Shown one piece after another: positions 29,578-38,239 of a DNA stretch of 64,000 nt. The position numbers and the translations under genes are program-made. Position 1 is the stretch's first letter; the number at the start of each line of letters is the position of its first letter. Origin of the DNA: a virus. The stretch lies in the IMG/VR virus record IMGVR_UViG_3300032046_000014, positions 20,304-84,303 of that record; one strand, given 5' to 3'. Under the pieces are notes generated by a model. It did not search any database. It was not told the origin of the DNA and worked only from the letters and a program-made list of their open reading frames with translations.

Positions 29578-32500
29578 CCCTCTATCGGCTTCTTTTCTTC
29601 TCCTGGGCTTTGGACCGGGGCTTCAGTCTCTCCCGCAAGTCTATAGTGGCCATCATCTTCATGTTTAATTGGGTCCATGGGTTGCTGATCGGATGGTCGA
29701 AAGGCAAGCCATCTAGGGCTGCCAGACGCAAGCTTAAGGAGCCGGAAGATCCATCTGCCCCGGAGGAGTTTTCCATAGAAGAAGTATTCGTGGAGATTGT
29801 TTCTTTGGACCCCGTACTTGAACGTGCCTTCTTCCAAAATCTCATAGAAACCACACCTGTTTGTTTCAGCTGCAGATCCTTCTCCGCCGAGAAGCACTGG
29901 TTTACGTAGGCCCTGGACGTCTAGCCAGCCTCTAGGAAACTTTTTGCTGCTCTGTTTAGGAATGGCCGGTTTGGCCGTGGTCATGCCCTTAATGCTGCCG
30001 CTGAAGAATCTCTGAGTTTTCTCCCAAGGATATGTGAGGAAAGTCCAGCCGATCATGCTTTTCGCGTCGCCTGTGTCCTGGCGAGTTTCCCAATGTTCAC
30101 GAAAACCGCCCACGCCCTTCCTTATTTCTTCAGGTTCAGAGTCTCCGAATTCGATGTCTGGCTCTTCAGACTTTGCTAAGTCAGGTTTCAATTGTTCCCA
30201 GACGTAACGTTCAGCCGAGCTTGGGTCTCTTGGTGCAGAAATGGCGTCTCCGGGCGGATTGCCGCCTGCGCTGCTAGGCGGAGAACCTGTGATCTTGATA
30301 TCGCCGGCAGTGTCTGGTTCTATTCTTTTCTCCTTGTTGATCTTGGGTCCATATGGAAAATGATGATGGACGATGAATGTGAAAGCTTTTCCATGCAGCC
30401 ATTCGGCCCCCTTGTAAAACTGGGCGGGATATGGATTGCCTTCCTTGGTCTCGGGCAGCTGAGGTTCAGCAGCTTTTTTCAGTCCTCCAGGCAATACGAA
30501 ACCATCATGTGCAGCGAGCACTGGCTTGTCATATTCTGCTTCCAACGCAATCTTTGACAAAGCTTCCGGCATATCCTCTTGCTTCACGCCCAAGTGTCCA
30601 ACATGGGTAATTATCACTTGGGGCACACCGTTTTTCTTCGCCTGTTTCAGACTATTCAAGATGCTTTGATGCCCATAATCTTCACCATCTTGCTCTCGAA
30701 CGATGTCTCGAGTGAGGCTTGCGCCGTCTATGATCCAGGTTTCCACACCGCCAAGCCACTTGTCACTTATTTCTAGGCAGTCGGGACTATAGAGTACGAT
30801 GCCGTTGATGCGGATGGCGAACGTTTGAACCTTCAAGCTGTGTTTAACTGGGAGCCAGCGGACCTTCACGTTTCCGATTCTGATGGCGTTATAGCTGCTG
30901 TAGAAGTGAAGTTCTCGATGACTCAGTTTCTCAGCGTATTCAGGACGCTGCTCACGTATGTCACGCCATATAGAACGGTGCATGTATATGGGCACGTCTT
31001 CAGACAGAAATTCCAGGCCGTCTATATGGTCCGGATGTGCATGAGTGACGCAGACTGCATCAAGGCGTGTTTGAACCTTCTCCGCGAGCTCCTTGCTTCC
31101 GCAGTCAAGCAGAACGTTCGTACCGCTGTTTTCGAATATGGCGCTTGCATTCAACCTTTTATCGGTGCGACACTGCTCATCATCGCAGTCTTTGCGCGGA
31201 AAAGTTTTCTCTCCGCTTGTACCGAGGAACCGGAGATTCCAGGTTGCAAGCTCAACCGCGTCGGCTGCTGCTCCCCGGCTCGGAGTCCATGTTACAGGAC
31301 CTTGCCGAGTTGATTCTTCGGGCGGCATCTGTTTTTCCGTCGGGTTAACGGGCGGCTTTTCAGACGAAAGAGGCTTTCCCGTTTTCGGGTCTGCTCTATG
31401 GCCAGTCCACGGCGGCCATAACTGTTTCTGCAGAGTGTCTATGCGTTCTTTCAGTTTTTCAGGGTCAGTTGCTGAGGCTCTCACGGTGGCGACCCAACCG
31501 TCTGCTTCTTCATCGACAGAGATTTTGTAGTTGCTGATGCCGATGCTTTCAAACAGGTTTTCTACTTGAGCTTTCCATTGTTGGGCTTTCGCGTATCCTT
31601 CGGGCCCTTTGAAGAAAACATGAGATGTCAATGATGTCTCGTCAGCGCGCATATACTGTAACGGTGTGATTTCATGGAAAGTATTGTCTGCAGGGTCGGG
31701 AACTCTTTCGCCGCCGCCCATTCCAGGAACGCCTATGACCCCACCGGGAGCATAAGTAAATCCGCCATTTGCTTTCGTCAGCTCTTCCTTTTCTAATGGT
31801 GTGTTATGGTTCATTCCGCGTTTTTCAATTTCTCTGGCGATGGCATCGTGAAGAGCTTTGACCGTTGGCTTATCATGCACTAGAGGTTTGCCGCTTTGCA
31901 GTGTGCTCCACCAAGCATGTGTGATTCTGTGATCATCGAGAAGGACGCGGTCATCAATCTTGGCCGGATCATACGTGTCTACGTCCTTGATTTTTGTTAT
32001 GCCAGCTGAACCTTCTGGACCCGTAGAATCTGCGCTGGGCTCGGGCTTCGTTGTCGTAGTCATGATGCCCTGGTCAAGTCTGCCCGGTTCAAACTGCTGT
32101 GAACCGCTGTCAGGATCAGATGCAAACTGTTTCTGAACTTTCTCATCATGCTGTTGAGAATGTTCTTTCCAGTGGACAGGAACTTCACCATCTGTGACTT
32201 TGTAGACTTTGCAAATGTCCTTCTCATGCGTGTAAGCAGCATCGTATTCGGGATCTTCTTTTTCCCAGGGACCGCCGGGCTCTTGTTTCCATTCTTCGAA
32301 GTCTTTGTCGCAGAACCAAGCGCGGCCCATTCCTTCAGCATAGAGTACGTCGACTGTCGGAGGGTCTTCGCAGCGCATGCATTTTTGGCGATTAGCCCTT
32401 TTTTCTATGTAGTCAGAGGCTTTCTTGAACTGGGTGATTTCTTCAGGTGTAGGAAGCGATCGTCCTGGACTAATCGGCGCCAGCATATGCAGATATCCTG

Positions 32501-34643
32501 CTACGTCATCGGCTTTCTGAAGGGTTTGACTGGCCAATTCTTCAGCTGTATCCAAACCGTCTGGCACATTCTTTTCAGGCTGGTACATGGGAACAGCATT
32601 CTGGTATGTGTAGTCGTAACTGTTGTTTTTGACGATTTCCAAGCAGCGAACTCGGAGGATATCCCCCTCAGCTGCTTCTACGCCTGAGACGTGCGTGTGG
32701 CCCATGATAAGCCATTTCTTGCCTTTCATTTCTGCAATACGGTTTGCCGGCAGAGTCTTCGCCTGCGCGTCATTGATGGGGCCTATTGCGCCGAGATAGC
32801 GCCAGCCTTCCTGTTTGCGTTCTTTCTTGACGACGAGGACGTCGATTTCTTTCTGCTTCTTCCATTTTGCCCATCCGAAATTGATGATTCGCTTAGTATT
32901 CCATTGGCTTTGTGCGTCGAAGAGCATGGCGCCTTCGCTGCCCTTCAGGTTGCCCATGCGTTCAGCTGCTTCTGCGGTTTTACTTGGCGGTACAACGGTA
33001 AACTGTTCAGGTTTTATGATGGGCAGATGCACGGTTCCTTTGAATTCTTTTCTGAGCAGTTTCAGTCTGTCTATCATGGGCATGTCCGCGAGGCTTTTTC
33101 CGTCTAACTCGATGATGTCGAAGATCCATATTCGGAGGTTGCGGCCTTCCTCTACCGGGGCCTCCCCATTCAAGTATCCGATTGCTAATGTCCGGTGCAT
33201 CGGCTGACTGTCCGAATACATCATCGCTTGTCCATGGAGGATGAATGATTCGTGGGGCCAATTTTTCAACTCCTCAATAATATGGGGAACACGACTTGTC
33301 TTGTCAAGTCCCCTGCCACTCCAAACTTTTTCTTTGCTCAGCATCATGTCCATGCCGTCAAACTTCTGCTGAACAAGAACATTGGCAAACCTTCTGAGAA
33401 GGGATGGAAGCTTCTTGACGTCATAGTACCGGGTGGCAGGCTTGTTTGCTTTCGGCAATGATGCCTTCGCTATAAGCTGGCCGTCCTCGACAATGAGGTC
33501 GCTTTTGCCGATTTGCTCTGGAGAATGAACGGTTCTGACGGCTTCCTGGTAAGTGGTGGGGTGCATTTCGACTGCTGTTTCTCCGCCGGGCCCTGCAGAT
33601 TCGGGAGTTTGTTTTTCTTCGCTGAACATTTCAGCAGCAGCATGGGCTACTCCGACAACATCTCTCCAGTTGTCGCAGAAGTTCACTCCTAAATCGTCAA
33701 TGTACATGTCGGCAACGGGCTTGCCTAGTATGAGCTCATCATAAGAAATTCCGTTCTTGTCGAGCCATCCTGCAGTGAGCTCATAGTACCGGGGATCTCG
33801 AGCGGTGTAAATGACGATGTTTGCCAGGTCATTAAGGTCTTTCATGCTTTCCTGCGCGAGAGTTTTCGGTTTTGCTTGTGTATAGCATTCTGGAATCGGC
33901 AGGTTAGTGTCGGTGTCGGCTATTGTGCCATCCAGGTCGACGGCGATTGTGAGGTCTTGAGTGTCGCTTTTCCATTCAGGCGTCGGGAAAAAGACTTGTA
34001 CTCCTCGCTGGTACTTGTAGGATTGTGGAGTTTTGAAGCGGTTGAGAATCTTGAGAGTGTAGGCGTAGAGCATGTTGGCGTCGGGCCACCATCGGGTTCG
34101 CTCTTTGTCGCTGATCTTGTGCTGGGGCTGGAGCTTCTTGAACTGCTCGAGCGTAATGGGCTCGATGTCCGTGAATTTGAGAACTCCATAGACATATTCA
34201 TCGTCGGCCCAGTAGAGCGGTTTGTTGAGCATGCCGCTGTAATTGCGGCATTTTACAGTGAGACTTTTTTCGCCGTTCCAGATCATACGTGCATGGGGCG
34301 GGGCAAGATAAACGCTTTTGGCGTTTATTTGTGAAACTGTGCTCTTGAGACTTTGAACAGTGCTTTTGCCCACGGTCACGCCGTCTAGGTCATCGTAAGT
34401 TTTATGGATGAAACCGCGTCTGTCCATTTCTGCTTGGAGCAACCAGTGATAATCAACCAGATCCTCTATCGACCAGCCTGGCACCGCGTCTGGCACATCT
34501 TTTTTTCTGCACCAGAGCGCGTGACATAAGGCATGGTCAAACAGCAACTGTTGATCAACAAGTTCTCCAGGAACCGACATGGCAGTTAGGCTCTCCGGCT
34601 TAAATCCTCCTTGTTTACCCGCTGTTTCGTAGGGTCTACCCAT
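29574..34643 (-). CDS. Multidomain nucleic-acid repair polyprotein (ASCH; HAD phosphatase; ATP-dependent ligase; Zn finger; MBL hydrolase; LigD-like phosphoesterase)
   Basis: PHARMIWNGEK; IAVDLDGT/YTAR/KP.ADMYIDD; QKFDG/WIFDII/EGAM/WAKWK; THAHPDHIDG/GHQS/THVGH; FIVHHH..HWETR..EEGTF..FYGKLLRGRW. Confidence 0.85.
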   Translation of the reverse strand: MGRPYETAGKQGGFKPESLTAMSVPGELVDQQLLFDHALCHALWCRKKDVPDAVPGWSIEDLVDYHWLLQAEMDRRGFIHKTYDDLDGVTVGKSTVQSLKSTVSQINAKSVYLAPPHARMIWNGEKSLTVKCRNYSGMLNKPLYWADDEYVYGVLKFTDIEPITLEQFKKLQPQHKISDKERTRWWPDANMLYAYTLKILNRFKTPQSYKYQRGVQVFFPTPEWKSDTQDLTIAVDLDGTIADTDTNLPIPECYTQAKPKTLAQESMKDLNDLANIVIYTARDPRYYELTAGWLDKNGISYDELILGKPVADMYIDDLGVNFCDNWRDVVGVAHAAAEMFSEEKQTPESAGPGGETAVEMHPTTYQEAVRTVHSPEQIGKSDLIVEDGQLIAKASLPKANKPATRYYDVKKLPSLLRRFANVLVQQKFDGMDMMLSKEKVWSGRGLDKTSRVPHIIEELKNWPHESFILHGQAMMYSDSQPMHRTLAIGYLNGEAPVEEGRNLRIWIFDIIELDGKSLADMPMIDRLKLLRKEFKGTVHLPIIKPEQFTVVPPSKTAEAAERMGNLKGSEGAMLFDAQSQWNTKRIINFGWAKWKKQKEIDVLVVKKERKQEGWRYLGAIGPINDAQAKTLPANRIAEMKGKKWLIMGHTHVSGVEAAEGDILRVRCLEIVKNNSYDYTYQNAVPMYQPEKNVPDGLDTAEELASQTLQKADDVAGYLHMLAPISPGRSLPTPEEITQFKKASDYIEKRANRQKCMRCEDPPTVDVLYAEGMGRAWFCDKDFEEWKQEPGGPWEKEDPEYDAAYTHEKDICKVYKVTDGEVPVHWKEHSQQHDEKVQKQFASDPDSGSQQFEPGRLDQGIMTTTTKPEPSADSTGPEGSAGITKIKDVDTYDPAKIDDRVLLDDHRITHAWWSTLQSGKPLVHDKPTVKALHDAIAREIEKRGMNHNTPLEKEELTKANGGFTYAPGGVIGVPGMGGGERVPDPADNTFHEITPLQYMRADETSLTSHVFFKGPEGYAKAQQWKAQVENLFESIGISNYKISVDEEADGWVATVRASATDPEKLKERIDTLQKQLWPPWTGHRADPKTGKPLSSEKPPVNPTEKQMPPEESTRQGPVTWTPSRGAAADAVELATWNLRFLGTSGEKTFPRKDCDDEQCRTDKRLNASAIFENSGTNVLLDCGSKELAEKVQTRLDAVCVTHAHPDHIDGLEFLSEDVPIYMHRSIWRDIREQRPEYAEKLSHRELHFYSSYNAIRIGNVKVRWLPVKHSLKVQTFAIRINGIVLYSPDCLEISDKWLGGVETWIIDGASLTRDIVREQDGEDYGHQSILNSLKQAKKNGVPQVIITHVGHLGVKQEDMPEALSKIALEAEYDKPVLAAHDGFVLPGGLKKAAEPQLPETKEGNPYPAQFYKGAEWLHGKAFTFIVHHHFPYGPKINKEKRIEPDTAGDIKITGSPPSSAGGNPPGDAISAPRDPSSAERYVWEQLKPDLAKSEEPDIEFGDSEPEEIRKGVGGFREHWETRQDTGDAKSMIGWTFLTYPWEKTQRFFSGSIKGMTTAKPAIPKQSSKKFPRGWLDVQGLRKPVLLGGEGSAAETNRCGFYEILEEGTFKYGVQRNNLHEYFFYGKLLRGRWIFRLLKLASGSPRWLAFRPSDQQPMDPIKHEDDGHYRLAGETEAPVQSPGEEKKPIEG

Positions 34644-36568
34644 CTTTTCTTCTTCGGGATTGAAGCGGTCGGGTTCAGGATGCCCGGTGTTGCAGTGGTG
34701 ACGGGAGAGTCTTCTTTAGCAAGGATCGGTTCCGTTGTTGTTTCTTGCAGTTTTGGGTTAACGAAGCTTGTTTTCTGGGGGCCATGATACCATTGTTCTT
34801 TATCTTTCCAGAAGGCGCCGCAGAAATCTTCAGGGTCTTTCACCCAGCCTTTAACCCGGACCTTGCAGGCTTCCATGAAAGGATCTATAGAGGAACTTGA
34901 CTTCGAAAGCAATATTAGATCATCTATCATGGATTTGTTGTAGTTTTCAGCTTGTTGCCCCGCAGGTTTCGGCGCGAAGCGTCCGGTTCTTTCTCGAATT
35001 TCGCCGGTGGCTTCAGATTCGATGCCAATTTTCTCGGGCGGTGATGGCGTACTCTTTTTACCTTGTTCTGTAAGTTCTCCTTCTCCAGAAACTTCCAGTT
35101 CCCCTCTTTCGTTGAGGCGAACATCAAAACCTGCTTTCAGCCAAGTGAAGGCAGTGTTTGCTTTGATTTGGCCAATCTCGGTGAGCCGCAGTTCATCTCG
35201 AAGTTCCAGCGTGTTAAACCTGAATTTCCAGTCTGTAATGTTGAAGGCTGGAAACACACGGTTGTTCATTATGTCCTCGCGGTTCTTGTGATGCTCGCGT
35301 ATGGCACGGTCTTGGACTGTGACCTGCATCATAGGTGTGGTGCCTGCTTTGCCTGATTCTATGTCGCCTGTGAAGACTGGCTGGGCCGAGTACACGGCGC
35401 CGCAGGCTGCTCTCCAGAACTTGTAGAATTCGATGCTTTGCATGCGTTTGAAGTCTTCCATGACTCGAGTGACTTTGATGGGGTCTTTGCTAGCTATCAT
35501 CATAGTGCGGACTTTCTTGCTTGTCCGGAATCTGCGGAGCACGGGGTCGTAGACTCGTTTGCGCAAGGCTTCCTGCTCAAACTGATCCATGATCTCGTTG
35601 ACTTCTTCCTGTTCGTGGCCTGGAAAATTGACGATGCTGCCCAGTTTTCCTTCAGTATAGAGTTCTATGTTGAAGTCATCCATTGCCTGTATGCTGAGCA
35701 GGATTTTCCAGAGGCAGATGATTCTGCTTTCACCATACAAATTCGGTACCCAGCGGTCACTGCTGCCGTGGATAACTTCGTCTTTGGTGAATCTTGCTTT
35801 GACAGCTCCGCCCACACGCTGCACGTATGCTGTTTTCTGCAATGGTTTGCCGCAGACTAGACAGGTAACTGTTGGAGGCGCATAGACAAAATCTGGTTTC
35901 CAGCATTCTGGACAGAAAAGCTGGTTAGGATCTCCGATGTGGCCTTTATCATCGGCAACAACACGGAAGTATCGCGGGTCTTCCACGTTAAGTTCAGCCG
36001 GGATCTTGAGTAGTTCACTGGCTTTCTCGGGTTCGGGGTTGATCACATACTTGTAGCTGATAGTCATGAAATAGTTGTCCAAGCTCAGGTCATACATCAG
36101 CGTGCTCTTCAAGAGTTCATAGAAGGTGTTTTCCTCATTTGGTTTCGTCAGCAGTTCCAGGGCTCTTTGCTCCTGTTCCGTGTCAGGAGGCACGAGTGAT
36201 TCTTTGTCCTTTGGACATTTGTTGTCAGGCGGCGGATCCTTGAATTCCTTCTTGCATTTTGGACATTTGCCGATGAAAGCAGGTTCTAAACGCCAGCCGG
36301 GACTCATGGTTTCACGGATGATTGTGCCGAAAACATTCTTCAAAACCCAGTGAGTGCGCGCGATCAGCATGAGCTCTTCGAAGTTGTAGATAGGCTCACG
36401 TATCTTGTAGCTAGGTTCCCATATGTATTCCGGAATTACTGTACGGTCAGCTTTGCGGATTTCCTTTTCAAACTCGGTCAACGGCGCAGTTGCCTTGACC
36501 ATTACTTCGGCTTTTTCAACAATGTTTTCCCATGGCATTATTTTTTGCTCCTTTTGATGTTGCTGCAT
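34586..36568 (-). CDS. Portal protein with zinc-binding insertions
   Basis: Position after terminase; KPNEENTFYELL, DEVIH, YGESRI; CPKC/CPKD and CPEC/CLVC insertions. Confidence 0.85.
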   Translation of the reverse strand: MQQHQKEQKIMPWENIVEKAEVMVKATAPLTEFEKEIRKADRTVIPEYIWEPSYKIREPIYNFEELMLIARTHWVLKNVFGTIIRETMSPGWRLEPAFIGKCPKCKKEFKDPPPDNKCPKDKESLVPPDTEQEQRALELLTKPNEENTFYELLKSTLMYDLSLDNYFMTISYKYVINPEPEKASELLKIPAELNVEDPRYFRVVADDKGHIGDPNQLFCPECWKPDFVYAPPTVTCLVCGKPLQKTAYVQRVGGAVKARFTKDEVIHGSSDRWVPNLYGESRIICLWKILLSIQAMDDFNIELYTEGKLGSIVNFPGHEQEEVNEIMDQFEQEALRKRVYDPVLRRFRTSKKVRTMMIASKDPIKVTRVMEDFKRMQSIEFYKFWRAACGAVYSAQPVFTGDIESGKAGTTPMMQVTVQDRAIREHHKNREDIMNNRVFPAFNITDWKFRFNTLELRDELRLTEIGQIKANTAFTWLKAGFDVRLNERGELEVSGEGELTEQGKKSTPSPPEKIGIESEATGEIRERTGRFAPKPAGQQAENYNKSMIDDLILLSKSSSSIDPFMEACKVRVKGWVKDPEDFCGAFWKDKEQWYHGPQKTSFVNPKLQETTTEPILAKEDSPVTTATPGILNPTASIPKKKRWVDPTKQRVNKEDLSRRA

Positions 36569-36635
36569 GTAACGCAGCCTAACCCGTATTCACTGCATTT
36601 TCTGCAGAGGTCACGGTTAATCACCTGGCGTTTCA

Positions 36636-36824
36636 TCATGGTTCCTTCTTTTCCCTTACTATGCGAACTTCCTGAAGCTTGATTGTCTTGGTAATATCGA
36701 CGCCGTTGACAAGTATGTGAAGTTCCTTTATGTTGCAGTCTAAAGTCATGCCGAGCGCTTTCACTTCACTGTCATTGGCGCCGGGAACGCTTGGAGCTTT
36801 AGCTTTGAAAAGTTCTTCTTCCAA
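36636..36824 (-). CDS. Small hypothetical protein
   Basis: RBS AGGTGA upstream; in the packaging operon. Confidence 0.5.
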   Translation of the reverse strand: MEEELFKAKAPSVPGANDSEVKALGMTLDCNIKELHILVNGVDITKTIKLQEVRIVREKKEP

Positions 36825-36835
36825 TCGTCATCACC

Positions 36836-37174
36836 TCATGTTTTGAATGCTTCCTGGATGGCCAGCATCATCCGCTCGTTCGCTGCTTGCTGGCGAGAAT
36901 CCAGCCCTGTTGGTTTCCTGTTGACGACATGGACCGTTCCGCAGGCTGGACATTTTTTTTCCCATTCACCACCGATGTCTTTAACGGCGACCTTAAGCAG
37001 ACAACCGCAGCTTCCGCAACGGAATCGGACAGTTCTACCTTGTTGGACGAATGGGTTCAAACCTCTTGTAGGCTCTACAGCCTTACGGTATCGAAGGTCT
37101 TTTCCTGCTGGTTTTCGGTCAAAACTCATGCTTTCGTCTCCAAAGCTTTTTTGAGGCCAAATGGCGTGAGCCAA
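36836..37174 (-). CDS. Zinc-ribbon protein
   Basis: CGSCG...CPACG. Confidence 0.6.
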   Translation of the reverse strand: MAHAIWPQKSFGDESMSFDRKPAGKDLRYRKAVEPTRGLNPFVQQGRTVRFRCGSCGCLLKVAVKDIGGEWEKKCPACGTVHVVNRKPTGLDSRQQAANERMMLAIQEAFKT

Positions 37175-37338
37175 ATTACTTTACGGCCGAACTCATCGAC
37201 GCCTGTTTTGCAATAGCCATTCGCTTCCAAGCTTGTTAGAACTTTGGCAGAGCCTGGATCTCGAAGATTCTGCAGCCAGTTTTGCAGTTTATCCTTTCGG
37301 GTTTGTTTCAGTCCACTACTCATACTCTCAATCTCCAT
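37126..37338 (-). CDS. Small winged-helix-like protein
   Basis: LTSLEANGYC...WLTPFG. Confidence 0.45.
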   Translation of the reverse strand: MEIESMSSGLKQTRKDKLQNWLQNLRDPGSAKVLTSLEANGYCKTGVDEFGRKVIWLTPFGLKKALETKA

Positions 37339-37973
37339 GTACAGAACCAGGCAAGGTTGCTGTTGTCAGCAGTAACGCCGTCGAAAGAATCTATCAATAT
37401 GTAGTTACTGTTGAGGAGCTGGCGAAATTCTTTCCGACCCATCGTTAAAACGTGACTTGCAGTCCAGCCCTTCCAATCTTGCCCTTCTTCATTAATTGGG
37501 ATTTGGAAGGCTAGGTACTTCACTCTGGCTTCTGCCACATAATTCATGAGGTACATCACTTCCTCATCGTTGAAGTGTTCCAGCGTTTCTGAAGCTATGA
37601 GTAGGTCGTACTTTTGCAGGGGAACTCGTTCCACCCATAGGGGCAGGGTTAAAACGTGTTCTCTGTAGGTCTGGGGCAAGCCCTGCATTGGATTGTGCTG
37701 GATAATTTCAATGTTAAGCCACGACTTGCATCCTACGCTGCAGCTTACGGCTTGGGCAAGTTCGCCTTGGTAGCCGCCGATTTCCACGATGTCCAGCAGA
37801 GGCTTCTTCAATTCTTCACTGGCGGTTCGAACAGCGTTGCAGAAGAATTCCTGTCTGAAATGCAGTTGTTCAGGAAATATGTGGTACCAAGTCAGGTTCA
37901 GCATTTTCAAATCGTTGAAGCTGAGGCTACTGTATTGCTGACGGTACTCTTCGAAGTTTCGAGGCAACGTCAT
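37320..37973 (-). CDS. Class I SAM-dependent methyltransferase
   Basis: IVEIGGYQGELA, YDLLIASETLEH. Confidence 0.8.
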   Translation of the reverse strand: MTLPRNFEEYRQQYSSLSFNDLKMLNLTWYHIFPEQLHFRQEFFCNAVRTASEELKKPLLDIVEIGGYQGELAQAVSCSVGCKSWLNIEIIQHNPMQGLPQTYREHVLTLPLWVERVPLQKYDLLIASETLEHFNDEEVMYLMNYVAEARVKYLAFQIPINEEGQDWKGWTASHVLTMGRKEFRQLLNSNYILIDSFDGVTADNSNLAWFCTWRLRV

Positions 37974-38239
37974 CGTTCCAGACTCCTGACAGCCAATTTC
38001 ACAGACAGCCTGTTTTTGTCAAACATGATTTTATATATGATTCCGTTGCTCGAATTCCAGTTTGCGTCAATAATCTTGCCTATTTTCAGGCCCGCATCAT
38101 CAAGAATGGGCTTTCCAGTCATGGACAAGGCGAATTCTTCAAGTTCTTTCTGCATCATCTTATGCGCAATCAAAAGTCTACACTCCTGATAGCCAATTTC
38201 ACAGGCGGCTTCAATATGCTTCGCAGCATGAGCCCACAA
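37970..38239 (-). CDS. Small hypothetical protein, possibly PRC-barrel-like (true start probably near 38160)
   Basis: MTGKPILDDAGLKIGKI. Confidence 0.4.
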   Translation of the reverse strand: MWAHAAKHIEAACEIGYQECRLLIAHKMMQKELEEFALSMTGKPILDDAGLKIGKIIDANWNSSNGIIYKIMFDKNRLSVKLAVRSLER

